Shown: piece after piece, positions 11,940 to 21,689 of the stretch
How the letters are laid out: every line of letters begins with the position of its first letter
Position numbering within the stretch: position 1 is the first letter of the stretch
NCBI GenBank assembly: GCA_963801165.1
Contig: CAWDDT010000005.1
Location: 96,001-160,000, forward strand
Source: an uncultured bacterium
GTDB lineage: Bacteria > Actinomycetota > Acidimicrobiia > Spongiisociales > UBA5794
DNA: 64,000 nucleotides
Reading direction: 5' to 3'
The notes under the pieces: generated by a model
What the model was told of the DNA's origin: nothing
The model's database searches: none
Seen by the model: the letters and a program-made list of their open reading frames with translations, nothing else
Program-made: the position numbers and the translations under genes

Positions 11940-13610
11940 ATGGATCCCGAGCAACCGGCGGTCATTGGTGTCGATTACGGCACATCGAGTGCACGGGCCG
12001 TCGTCGTGGACACCGCCACCGGCCGGGAGCTCGGTGAGGGCGAGTATGCCTACCGGCACGGCACCGACGGTGTCATCACTGATACGAGGGACGCCCACCT
12101 CGCCCGCCAGTCCGCACACGACTACATCGACGGGCTCCGCGTATCTGTCCTGGGTGCGCTCGAGACAGCAGAAGCCGCCGGTTTCGACCGATCCAGGGTC
12201 GTAGGCATCGGCGTCGACACCACCGGATCGAGCCCCATCCCGGTCGACGCCGCAGGCGTGCCGCTCGCTCTAGACCCGCGCTTTGCGAACGATCCCAACG
12301 CCATGACGTGGTTGTGGAAGGACCACACCTCCCACGCCGAGACCGCCGAGATCAACAAAACCGTGCTTCGGGACCGCCTCCCCTACCTCGGCCCGTGCGG
12401 AAGCACCTACTCGAGCGAGTGGTACTGGGCCAAGCTCGCCCACTTCCTCCGGACCGCCGATCCCGGGGTCCGGGCCGCGGCGGGCGGATGGGTCGAGCTC
12501 GCCGACTTCGTACCAGGCTATCTGGCGGGTCGACTCGATCCCGCCACGATGGCTCGAGGGATCTGCCCCGCCGGGCACAAGGCCATGTACGACACTGAGT
12601 GGGGCGGGCTGCCCTCGGCCGATTTCCTCGACTCGATCGAACCCGGGATGGCGGCCTTCCGCTACACAACCACGGCCCAGGCATCGGATACCTCCATCGG
12701 TGGGCTCACCGACGAGCTGGCCGCCGAGCTCGGGCTCCGACCGGGAATCGCCATCGCCGCCGGTGCTTTCGACGCTCACACCGGTGCGGTCGGCGCCGGG
12801 GTGTCGGAAGGGACGCTCGTCAAGATCATCGGCACCAGCACATGCGATACGACGGTGGTCCCGGGCGATCGACCGCTCATCGCCGGTTTGTGCGGGAGTG
12901 TCCCCGATTCGATTATCCCCGGGATGGCAGGTCTCGAGGCCGGGCAGTCGGCCGTTGGGGACATTTTCAACTGGTTCGCCTCTTCGCTGGCACCGGGCGA
13001 CCAGGGAACCGCGGCCCGGCTCGACGAACTGGCGGCGCAAGCTGAAGGAATCCCGCCGGGCGCCAGCGGGCTGCTCGGGCTCGACTGGCACAACGGCAAC
13101 CGGTCCGTCCTCGTAGATCCACTGCTGTCCGGGGCCATGATCGGGATGACCCTGTCCACGACCGCAGCCGAGTTCTATCGGGCGCTCGTCGAGTCGACCG
13201 CCTTCGGAGCGCAACGCATCATCGAGCAATTCGAGTCGAACGGGGTGCCGATCCGGCGCATCGTGCTGAGCGGCGGCATTTCCAAGAAGAGCCCGCTGCT
13301 GGTGCAGATCTACGCCGACGTCACCGGCCGCAGGGTCGAGCTGGCGGGAACTTCACAGACCTGTGCCGTCGGTGCAGCCATCCTCGCCAGCGTCGCCGCC
13401 GGCGTGTATGGGACCACCGGGGAAGCCCAGAAGGCCATGGTCCCGGAACCAGCGGGTGTCGTCGAGCCGAACCCGGAGGCGGTGGCGGTCTACAAAGAGT
13501 TGTACCCGCTCTACCGGAAGATCCACGACGCGTTCGGGGTACACGGCCCGAGCGATCTCTACGACTTGATGAAAGACCTGCAACGCATCCGCAGCGAGGT
13601 CACCCGATGA
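11940..13610 (+). CDS. araB: L-ribulokinase (FGGY kinase)
   Basis: IGVDYGTSSARA, GIGVDTTGSSPIPVD, LWKDHT, YSSEWYWAK, LEAGQSAVGDIFNW, LDWHNGNRS. Confidence 0.93.
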   Translation: MDPEQPAVIGVDYGTSSARAVVVDTATGRELGEGEYAYRHGTDGVITDTRDAHLARQSAHDYIDGLRVSVLGALETAEAAGFDRSRVVGIGVDTTGSSPIPVDAAGVPLALDPRFANDPNAMTWLWKDHTSHAETAEINKTVLRDRLPYLGPCGSTYSSEWYWAKLAHFLRTADPGVRAAAGGWVELADFVPGYLAGRLDPATMARGICPAGHKAMYDTEWGGLPSADFLDSIEPGMAAFRYTTTAQASDTSIGGLTDELAAELGLRPGIAIAAGAFDAHTGAVGAGVSEGTLVKIIGTSTCDTTVVPGDRPLIAGLCGSVPDSIIPGMAGLEAGQSAVGDIFNWFASSLAPGDQGTAARLDELAAQAEGIPPGASGLLGLDWHNGNRSVLVDPLLSGAMIGMTLSTTAAEFYRALVESTAFGAQRIIEQFESNGVPIRRIVLSGGISKKSPLLVQIYADVTGRRVELAGTSQTCAVGAAILASVAAGVYGTTGEAQKAMVPEPAGVVEPNPEAVAVYKELYPLYRKIHDAFGVHGPSDLYDLMKDLQRIRSEVTR

Positions 13611-14311
13611 CAGCTGTTGCCGACCTCCGCGAGTACGTGTGTGGGCAGAATTCCCGCCTTCCTGCCGAGGGTCTCGTCTCGCTCACCTGGGGAAACGTGA
13701 GTGGGCGGTCCGGCGATCTGATCGCGATCAAGCCGAGCGGCGTGCCCTACCCCGGGATGACCCCCGACGACATCGTCGTGCTGGATCTCGATGGCAGCGT
13801 CGTTGCCGGGCGGCTGCGGCCGTCGATCGACACCGCGACCCACCTCGAGCTGTACCGGGCCTTTCCCGAGATCGGTGGAGTGGTCCATGCCCACAGCACC
13901 TACGGGACCGCCTTCTCCCAGGCAAGGCTCCCCATCGAGTGTCTCGGCACCACCCATGCAGATCACTTCAACGGGCCCGTACCGGTTACCCGGCCACTCA
14001 CCGCAGCTGAGGTGGCCACCGAGTACGAAGCCAACACGGGCCGGGTGATCGTCGCCCACTTCCGCAGCAACGGGATCAACCCGATGCACGTGCCCGGGGT
14101 GCTCGCTGCCGGTCATGCTCCTTTTGTCTGGGGTACGAACGCGGCGAACGCTGTCGACAACACGGTCGCTCTCGAGGCGAGCGCACGGATGGCCCTCCTC
14201 ACCGGCATGCTCACTTCCAATCACCCGGTCCCGCTCGAGGACTGGATCCTGGCGAAGCATCATGAACGCAAACACGGCGCAAACGCTTACTACGGACAGG
14301 GGAAATCATGA
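13607..14311 (+). CDS. araD: L-ribulose-5-phosphate 4-epimerase
   Basis: [48 protein letters not shown]. Confidence 0.95.
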   Translation: MTAVADLREYVCGQNSRLPAEGLVSLTWGNVSGRSGDLIAIKPSGVPYPGMTPDDIVVLDLDGSVVAGRLRPSIDTATHLELYRAFPEIGGVVHAHSTYGTAFSQARLPIECLGTTHADHFNGPVPVTRPLTAAEVATEYEANTGRVIVAHFRSNGINPMHVPGVLAAGHAPFVWGTNAANAVDNTVALEASARMALLTGMLTSNHPVPLEDWILAKHHERKHGANAYYGQGKS

Positions 14312-15810
14312 TCGATCCCGGCAGCTCGAACCTCTGGTTCGTAACGGGGAGCCAACATCTTTACGGAGATGAGACACTCGCCCTCGTTGCGGACAACAGC
14401 CGCCAGATCGCAACCGCGCTGAACGAGAGCCCGCACATCCCCCTCGAGATCGCGGTCAGACCGGTGATGACGGGCAGCGATGGCATCGCCGCCCTGGTGC
14501 GGGAAGCCAACGCGGACCCGCAGTGCGCCGGCTTGATTCTCTGGATGCACACATTCTCTCCGGCCCGTATGTGGATCCGTGGTCTCGAGGAGCTCAACAA
14601 GCCGTACCTGCATCTCCACACCCAATTCGCCAGGGACCTGCCGTGGGCAACGATCGACATGGACTACATGAACGCCCATCAGTCCGCCCACGGAGACCGC
14701 GAGTTCGGCCACATCGCCAGCCGGCTCCGATCGCGACGCAAGATCGTCGCCGGCGACTGGTCGGAGACACGGGTCGCCGAGAGGATCGGTGCATGGGCAC
14801 GCGCCGCCTTTGCGGTGGCCGACGCCGCCACCGCTCGCATCGCCCGCTTCGGCGACAACATGAGAAGTGTTGCGGTTACTGAAGGTGACAAGGTCGAGTT
14901 CCAACGTGTCTTCGGATACGACGTCGAGGGCTACGGGCTCGGTGACCTCGTCGCCCACATCGAGAGGTTCGGAGACGCCGCCATCGACGCCCTCTGTGCC
15001 GAGTACGACGACACGTATGAGATGGCGGCGGAGCTGCGCCCCGGCGGCGACCGTCGCCAGTCGCTCCGGGACGCCGCAGCGATCGAGCTGGGATTGCGGT
15101 CGTTTCTCGAGGAGGGCCGGTTTGTCGCCTTCACGGACACGTTCGAGAACCTCCACGGTCTCAAGCAGCTCCCCGGTATCGCGCCACAACGCATCATGGC
15201 CGACGGCTACGGCTTCGGCGCCGAGGGCGACTGGAAGACGGCCGCGATGGTACGAGCAATGAAGGTCATGGCGCACGGTCTCGAAGGCGGCACCAGCTTC
15301 ATGGAGGACTACACGTACCACCTCGACCCGGACGGCTCGTTCGCTCTGGGTGCCCACATGCTCGAGGTCTGCCCGTCGATTGCGAAGGGAACCCCCCGCT
15401 GTGAAATCCATCCGCTTTCGATAGGCGGCAAGGAGGATCCGGTGCGCCTCGTGTTCAACGCCGCCCCCGGACCAAGCGTGAACGCCTCCGTCGTCGACCT
15501 GGGAGATCGTTTCCGTATGACAGCGGCCAGGGTGGAGGTCGTCGACCCACCCGCGGCAATGCCCAACCTGCCGGTGGCGCGATCGGTGTGGAAACCGGAG
15601 CCCGATCTTCCCCGGGCCGCCGAGGCCTGGATCCTCGCCGGCGGCTCGCATCACTCGTGTCACAGTCGTGCGCTCACGGTCGAGCACCTCGAGGACTATG
15701 CCCGTATCGTCGGCGTTGAGCTGATCACGATCAACGAGTCCACGGACATGCGAGATCTGGAGAGAGAGTTGTTGTGGAACGACGCTTCGTACAGGTTGCT
15801 GGGGAGATGA
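14308..15810 (+). CDS. araA: L-arabinose isomerase
   Basis: [63 protein letters not shown]. Confidence 0.97.
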   Translation: MIDPGSSNLWFVTGSQHLYGDETLALVADNSRQIATALNESPHIPLEIAVRPVMTGSDGIAALVREANADPQCAGLILWMHTFSPARMWIRGLEELNKPYLHLHTQFARDLPWATIDMDYMNAHQSAHGDREFGHIASRLRSRRKIVAGDWSETRVAERIGAWARAAFAVADAATARIARFGDNMRSVAVTEGDKVEFQRVFGYDVEGYGLGDLVAHIERFGDAAIDALCAEYDDTYEMAAELRPGGDRRQSLRDAAAIELGLRSFLEEGRFVAFTDTFENLHGLKQLPGIAPQRIMADGYGFGAEGDWKTAAMVRAMKVMAHGLEGGTSFMEDYTYHLDPDGSFALGAHMLEVCPSIAKGTPRCEIHPLSIGGKEDPVRLVFNAAPGPSVNASVVDLGDRFRMTAARVEVVDPPAAMPNLPVARSVWKPEPDLPRAAEAWILAGGSHHSCHSRALTVEHLEDYARIVGVELITINESTDMRDLERELLWNDASYRLLGR

Positions 15811-15891
15811 CAGTGTCGGTGACACTCGCCGGCTGAGATCAGAAACGGGAGGAGGACCCGGGACGGTTAGACAGATTCAACCCAGAACATA

Positions 15892-15919
15892 ACGTTAACG
15901 TTCCCGGTAGCGATAACAT
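15892..15919. promoter_or_regulatory. Tandem LacI-type operator, copy 2
   Basis: ACGTTAACGTTCCCGGTAGCGATAACAT upstream of the ABC operon. Confidence 0.72.
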
Positions 15920-15980
15920 CGTGGCGCGCAGGGAAAACGCGACGAAGGCACCCGGCCAGGCTAGACATGTAGTTCACATG

Positions 15981-16008
15981 ATGTTAGCGTTCCCGTTAAC
16001 GATAACGG
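15981..16008. promoter_or_regulatory. Tandem LacI-type operator, copy 3
   Basis: ATGTTAGCGTTCCCGTTAACGATAACGG. Confidence 0.72.
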
Positions 16009-16112
16009 AGCTTGGCTCACGAGATACGGGGCGGCTCATTCCCACATCGCGTCGAGCGCGAAGACAACGGACATTCCCGAATCGGGATGAGGAAGATGGG
16101 AAGGAAGGTCAT

Positions 16113-17192
16113 ATGACACTAAGAAGAGACAAGCGGTTTGCGTTCGTGATTCTGCTTGCCGTTTTGGCTCTGGCAGCCGCCTCCTGCGGAGGAGATAGCA
16201 CAGAGTCATCGACAACCACCACGAGCGGAAACGCGGAAACCACCACGGCTGCCCCCGACACCGGGCAAGCAGCAGGCGCCGGGTTCTGTGCGAACACCCA
16301 CATAGTGTTCTTCCCCGGCGGGCCCGAAGGTGGCCCGTTCGCCACGGTGGTATACAACGGAGCAGTGAAGGCACAAGAAGTGCTCGGCGCTGACGTCGAC
16401 TACGTATGGTCCGACTGGGATCCGGAGAAGATGCTGACCCAGTTCCGTGAAGCCGTTGCGACCCACCCCGATGGCATCGCCATCATGGGTCATCCAGGCG
16501 ACGATGCCTTTGCTCCACTCGTTGACGAGGCAGAAGCAGCCGGCATCATCGTCACCAGCCAGAACACAACTCTGCCCACGATCGAGGCGAAGTACGCCAG
16601 CAACGGCTTCGGCTATGTGGGTGCCGAGTTGTATACGGCCGGTCACTCGCTTGGCGCCGAAGCGGTTGCCGAGTTCGGCCTGGCCGCCGGCGACCGGGCC
16701 ATGGTCTGGGGTCTGCTGGCGCAAGCCGGACGTGGCGAGCGGACAAAGGGCGTCATCGACGCACTCGAGGAAGCGGGCCTCACGGTCGACTACCTCGAGA
16801 TCGACGACGCTACCAACGCCGATGCCGCAGCAGGCACCGCGACGTTCGTTGGTTATGCCTCATCACATCCGGACGTCAAGTTGGTCGTCACCGATCACGG
16901 CGCCTTGACCGCCGCGCAGCAGACCTACTTCGAGGCTGCAGGTCTCGGACCGGATGATGTGTATGGCGCCGGCTTCGACCTGAGTGCATCGACGGTGGAA
17001 TCGATCAAGGCCGGCTGGACCGACCTGGTCATCGATCAGCAGCAGTATCTGCAGGGATTCTTCCCGATTCTGCAGATATGTTTGACCAACAACTATGCGT
17101 TCACCGGTCTCCATATCGACACCGGCGCGGGCTTCGCCAACGCCGGCAACGTCGATCTGCTCGCCGACCTGGTGACACAGCAGATCAGGTAA
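16113..17192 (+). CDS. Monosaccharide ABC transporter substrate-binding lipoprotein
   Basis: Lipobox LAAASC, Thr-rich linker, RbsB-like fold (PDGIAIMGHPGD, IDQQQYLQG). Confidence 0.9.
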   Translation: MTLRRDKRFAFVILLAVLALAAASCGGDSTESSTTTTSGNAETTTAAPDTGQAAGAGFCANTHIVFFPGGPEGGPFATVVYNGAVKAQEVLGADVDYVWSDWDPEKMLTQFREAVATHPDGIAIMGHPGDDAFAPLVDEAEAAGIIVTSQNTTLPTIEAKYASNGFGYVGAELYTAGHSLGAEAVAEFGLAAGDRAMVWGLLAQAGRGERTKGVIDALEEAGLTVDYLEIDDATNADAAAGTATFVGYASSHPDVKLVVTDHGALTAAQQTYFEAAGLGPDDVYGAGFDLSASTVESIKAGWTDLVIDQQQYLQGFFPILQICLTNNYAFTGLHIDTGAGFANAGNVDLLADLVTQQIR

Positions 17193-17235
17193 CAACGGCT
17201 CGGCTCGATTGCGGCCGGGACAGAAGAGCGAAAGG

Positions 17236-18084
17236 ATGTTTGGACAGATGTCTGATAAGGATGCTGGGATAGACCCGGCGACTCCGCGCCTCGAGCTGCG
17301 CGGAGTCAACAAGCAGTTTGCCGGAGTGCAAGCACTGTCCGACATCAACTTCCGTCTCGGCCGCAACGAGATCGTCGGTCTCATCGGCGACAACGGCGCC
17401 GGTAAGTCGACGATGATCAAGCACATTTGCGGCTACCACTCCCCCGACAGCGGCGAGATCTTGTTCGACGGGGTTCCGGTACACAACCTCACCGTCGAGC
17501 GCGCTCGCGAGCTCGGGGTGGCGGCCGTCTATCAGGAAAGAGCACTGGCCGACCTACAGACCCTGTGGCGCAACATCTTCATAGGTCAGGAAATCCAGAC
17601 CCGCTTTGGATTTCTGGACGTGCGCAAGATGCGACGTGAGACCCACAAACTCATGCTCGAGTCGATGGGATTCACCTCGACCGCGGTCACTCCCGAGTCG
17701 GTCGTCAAGAACTTCTCGGGTGGCGAGAAACAAGGCATCGCGATCACCCGGGCACTCTATTTCGACGCCGACATCCTCATCCTCGATGAGCCGGCCGTCG
17801 GGCTTTCGATCAAAGAGACCGACAAGCTGCTCCAGTTCATCCAGTCGATCAAGAAAGCCGGGAAAGCGGCGATCCTGATCGATCACAACATATTCCACGT
17901 CTACGAAGTCGCAGACCGGATCGTGGTGCTTGATCGAGGCAAGATTGCCGGTCGTTTCCGGCCGAAGCACCGCAACGTGATAGAGCTGACCGAGATCATG
18001 CGCGAGATAGCCGAGACAGGTCACTCGTCCGTACCGGACGACCCGTACGAAGAGTCGGTGTCTGATACGGAGGAGACGGCATGA
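17236..18084 (+). CDS. Sugar ABC transporter ATP-binding protein (single NBD)
   Basis: Walker A GDNGAGKST, FSGGEKQ, ILDEP. Confidence 0.93.
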   Translation: MFGQMSDKDAGIDPATPRLELRGVNKQFAGVQALSDINFRLGRNEIVGLIGDNGAGKSTMIKHICGYHSPDSGEILFDGVPVHNLTVERARELGVAAVYQERALADLQTLWRNIFIGQEIQTRFGFLDVRKMRRETHKLMLESMGFTSTAVTPESVVKNFSGGEKQGIAITRALYFDADILILDEPAVGLSIKETDKLLQFIQSIKKAGKAAILIDHNIFHVYEVADRIVVLDRGKIAGRFRPKHRNVIELTEIMREIAETGHSSVPDDPYEESVSDTEETA

Positions 18085-19115
18085 ATGGCTCGATGACCGA
18101 CGCCGACCAGGCTGCCCTCGACGAGGCGGCGTGGGGTCGCGGGGTCTCCCTCCTACACGATCCGAAGCGCTTTGCTAGCACCTATGCGGGCCAGCTCGGG
18201 ATAACCGGAGCGTTTCTGCTGCTCTGGATCGCGTTTCTGGTCACGGCTCCGGACACATTCACGCACATTGAGATCTATGCCGCGTTTGCTGCGACTATCC
18301 CTCTCTTCGGTATCGTCGCGATGCCGCTCACCATGGTGGTGACCGCGGGTGAGATCGACCTGTCCTTTCCTTCGACTTATGCGCTCGGCATGGTCGGATT
18401 CGTGCTGACATGGGAACACACGGGCAACGTCACGCTGGCGATCGCAGTCGCTCTTCTAATCGGTGCCGTCGCCGGGCTGATCAATGCCTTCGTCATCGTC
18501 CAGATCGGGGTACCGGCGCTCGTGGCTACCATCGGCACCCTCTTCTTCTTCCGGGGCCTGTCGCTGGTAGTGATCGGCGGCAGGAACATCACTCTGATAG
18601 ACACCCGGCCCTCGATTCTCTTCCGGCTGTTCGTCGGGGAGCTATACGGGATTCCGATGCAGTTCTTCTGGCTGCTGCTAGCGGCCGTGGCCACCTGGTT
18701 CCTTCTCAATCGTCACAAGTACGGCGCCGCCCTCTACGTCATCGGCGACAACGCCGAGACGGCCGAGCTCCAGGGCATAAAGACAAAACAGGTGCGTCTC
18801 ATCCTGTTCATCCTCGTTGGAGTTGCCGCCGCGTTCTCCGGGATCCTGTCGAGCCTGTTCATCGTCTCTTTCTTCCCGTCGGTCGGCGATGGTCAGCTGC
18901 TACCAGCCCTGGCTGCTGTGTTCGTTGGAGGCACGTCGGTCTTTGGCGGCAAGGGCACCGTGTGGGGAACCTTGCTCGGCGCCTTCATGATCGGAACCAT
19001 CAACGCCGGGATTGTCGCCGCCGGTCTCACCGGGTTCTACACCCAGCTCATCTACGGTGCCGTCATCGTCGTGTCGGTCTCCATCCACGCGATGGTGCAG
19101 CGACGTTTCGGGTGA
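18081..19115 (+). CDS. Sugar ABC transporter permease (RbsC type)
   Basis: GEIDLS, YVIGDN..AELQGI, AAVFVGGTS..GGKGTVWGT. Confidence 0.93.
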   Translation: MNGSMTDADQAALDEAAWGRGVSLLHDPKRFASTYAGQLGITGAFLLLWIAFLVTAPDTFTHIEIYAAFAATIPLFGIVAMPLTMVVTAGEIDLSFPSTYALGMVGFVLTWEHTGNVTLAIAVALLIGAVAGLINAFVIVQIGVPALVATIGTLFFFRGLSLVVIGGRNITLIDTRPSILFRLFVGELYGIPMQFFWLLLAAVATWFLLNRHKYGAALYVIGDNAETAELQGIKTKQVRLILFILVGVAAAFSGILSSLFIVSFFPSVGDGQLLPALAAVFVGGTSVFGGKGTVWGTLLGAFMIGTINAGIVAAGLTGFYTQLIYGAVIVVSVSIHAMVQRRFG

Positions 19116-19116
19116 T

Positions 19117-19938
19117 CTAGGCCACAACCGCCCCGGGTCCCACCAGGTGAACGGGGATCCCAAGCTTCTCCAACGAGACGACCAACTCGGCGGGCGCGGC
19201 CGCGTCCGTGATGACGGCATCGATCCGATCGGTTCGGCAGAAGGTCGCCACCGCCGCCCGGCCCCACTTGGTATGGTCGACGATCGCCACGACCCGGCGC
19301 GCCGTGGCGACCATGGATCGCTTGAGCTGGGCCTCTTCCTCCATGGAGTCGGACAGCCCCGACTCGATCGTGAAGCCGGCGGCACCGACAAACGCGGTCT
19401 GAACGTTGACCTTGCGGAACATCGCTCCACCGAGATGACCCAGCAGCGAGAGCGCCTCGGGCCGGAGACGCCCGCCCGGCATGAGTACAACGATCCCGGG
19501 ATGACTGGCAAGCTCCGCGGCGATCCTGATGCCGTTGGTGACCACGGTGAGCGCCCGCCAGCCGTCACGATCGCCCAGGTGACGAGCAACGTATAGGGCG
19601 GTCGTGCTGGCGTCGAGAGCGATGCCTTCGCCGTCTACCACCAGACCTGCGGCGAACTCGCCGATCTGTGATTTCTCCTCCCGCTGCAGCAGTTCGCGGA
19701 CGTCGAAGGCGAGCTCAGGCCGGTTGCGTTCGACCGCGATCGCCCCTCCGTGCGTCCGCACCAGGCGCCGCTCCGACTCGAGAAGAAGGAGGTCCTTGCG
19801 GATCGTCACGGCCGACACGCCGAACCGGGCTGCCAGATCCGACACCCGGGCCCGACCCTCCACCTCGACGAGGGCCGCTATCTGCTGCTGCCGCTCCTCG
19901 GCAAACACGCTATCGGATTGTCCTGCAGTTGTGGCCAT
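19117..19938 (-). CDS. DeoR/GlpR-family transcriptional regulator
   Basis: EERQQQI...FGVSAVTIRKDL...RTHGGA, LDASTT, VVTNG, VDHTKWG. Confidence 0.93.
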   Translation of the reverse strand: MATTAGQSDSVFAEERQQQIAALVEVEGRARVSDLAARFGVSAVTIRKDLLLLESERRLVRTHGGAIAVERNRPELAFDVRELLQREEKSQIGEFAAGLVVDGEGIALDASTTALYVARHLGDRDGWRALTVVTNGIRIAAELASHPGIVVLMPGGRLRPEALSLLGHLGGAMFRKVNVQTAFVGAAGFTIESGLSDSMEEEAQLKRSMVATARRVVAIVDHTKWGRAAVATFCRTDRIDAVITDAAAPAELVVSLEKLGIPVHLVGPGAVVA

Positions 19939-19948
19939 GTCGCGCACC

Positions 19949-21676
19949 CTAGCCGGAGGATTGTTTATCGACTTCGAGGCCATCACGCCTCCCGGCGTCG
20001 CGCAGCAGAGCCTCTTCAGCGGCCCTGGTCCAACGTCCACCGTCTAGCGCCGCCGCCACCGCAGGCACACGGTCCTGGAGCCGGGCAAGCGAGGTGAGCC
20101 CGAGGTTCGGGAGCGACGGGTAAACGATGATCTTGCCCGACGAAGTGCGAGCCTCGATGGCGGCCATGGCGTCGGCAAAGCCGGCGAATCCCGTCACCAT
20201 GTCCAACGAGATGTTGGTGTCGAGCTGGCCGCTCTCCACCTTCCGGAGGACGGCCTTCATGTCGTCGATCTTCGAGCCGCTGGTGCCGACGAAGTAGCAG
20301 CCGTTGGCGACGTACCGGTTCAAGTCGATCTCGGCCCGGGTTCCGACGGCGAAGCCGGCGAAGATGTTGATCCGGCCGTGCCTGCCCGCAAGAGCGAGTG
20401 ACCGGGCAACGAGTGCCGGCGCGGGCACCAGCAAGGCCACATAGCTGAACCCGGCTTCGAGCTGGGTGGTCGCGCTGTTCACAACCGTAAGGGCGACGTT
20501 GCGTTCGGCGGCGAGCGGCGCGGCCAGGTGCTCGAGGTGGGCGAGACGGGAATCATCGACGTCGACGGCGGCCACCGTGAGGTCCTGCCAGCCGCCCGAG
20601 ATGGAGCGAACGACATGCATCGAGCCCATCGGGCCTGCGGCGCCGATGACCGCGACCCGATCGCCGTCGCAAAGCTCGCCGTTTGCCGGAATTTCGCCGT
20701 AACCGTTCGCCGCCGAACCGGACGAGGTACCGGTCCAGCGGGTCAGGTCGTAGTGGATCCGACCCACGTCAACGGAGACCGGCCGGTCGATCAGCCGGCC
20801 GCCGGTGACGATGTCGATCACGCCGTACGGAGCCAACAGATCCTGAAGCTTCTCGATGACATTCGCTCTGGTCCCGAAGTACACGACGTCGTCGAAGGTC
20901 TGGGCGGGCAGCTCGTCGAGGCCAGCAGCTGCGGTTGCGGGCAAGGCGCCACTCTCGACCGCCGCGCCGGCGGCGAGGACAGTGGTGACCGACGCCGGTG
21001 GGCTAGCGGCCAAGAGTGTGCCAAGGCCATCGACAACGTGACCATCGTCCGCCACCACAAGAAGGCGACCACCGGCGAGAAGGTGGTTGCGTTCCTTGTA
21101 GGCATAGGCGGCTTCGACACAGGCCCAGGGCTCGACGAGCGCGATCGCGGAAGCGCTTGGTCCGTCACCAACCGGCAGCAGGAACCGCTCTCCAGTCTCG
21201 GGCTCCATGATGACCCGCTCGTCGAGCAGCACGTACTCCTGGAGCCCGCCTTCGAAGTTGTAGCCGAAAGCCGCGTTGGACACGGCGGTCGGTAGGTGCC
21301 GGTAGTCGGTCTCGACGAGCACACGCTCGCCCACCTCGTGGTGGCGCACCTCGTCGCCGACGGCGACGATCCGGCCCACCGCCTCGTGACCGGGAACTGT
21401 GGGCTTGGTGCCGGGGCAATACGAAGGGATCTCGGCCAGCACCCCTGCCGGTAGACCGGAGCGGACCTCACTCTTGCGCGGGTGGCTGGTGTAGGCGTGG
21501 AGGAGCTTGGTGTCCGAGAAACAGATCCCGCACGCCTCGACTTTGACGAGGATCTGGGTGGGTCCCACCGTCGGCACCGGCTTGGCACGGTTGTGGACGA
21601 TGTCGTTTGGACCGACGAACTGAATGGCGTGCTCGGTCTCTGGGATGTCGGGGGCACTCGCCCGCACTGTGCTCAC
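19949..21676 (-). CDS. Zn-dependent medium-chain dehydrogenase, L-sorbose-1-phosphate reductase-like, elongated (575 aa)
   Basis: CGICFSD and PGHE catalytic Zn ligands, GYNFEGGLQEY, EPWACV, GAAGPMG nucleotide loop, GTSGS. Confidence 0.8.
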   Translation of the reverse strand: MSTVRASAPDIPETEHAIQFVGPNDIVHNRAKPVPTVGPTQILVKVEACGICFSDTKLLHAYTSHPRKSEVRSGLPAGVLAEIPSYCPGTKPTVPGHEAVGRIVAVGDEVRHHEVGERVLVETDYRHLPTAVSNAAFGYNFEGGLQEYVLLDERVIMEPETGERFLLPVGDGPSASAIALVEPWACVEAAYAYKERNHLLAGGRLLVVADDGHVVDGLGTLLAASPPASVTTVLAAGAAVESGALPATAAAGLDELPAQTFDDVVYFGTRANVIEKLQDLLAPYGVIDIVTGGRLIDRPVSVDVGRIHYDLTRWTGTSSGSAANGYGEIPANGELCDGDRVAVIGAAGPMGSMHVVRSISGGWQDLTVAAVDVDDSRLAHLEHLAAPLAAERNVALTVVNSATTQLEAGFSYVALLVPAPALVARSLALAGRHGRINIFAGFAVGTRAEIDLNRYVANGCYFVGTSGSKIDDMKAVLRKVESGQLDTNISLDMVTGFAGFADAMAAIEARTSSGKIIVYPSLPNLGLTSLARLQDRVPAVAAALDGGRWTRAAEEALLRDAGRRDGLEVDKQSSG

Positions 21677-21689
21677 ATTGAACCTCCGG

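Noticed and set aside
14290-15825. 511-aa ORF antisense to araA (similar cases at 8930-10189 and 48493-49935)
   Set aside because: Shadow ORFs over well-conserved genes.
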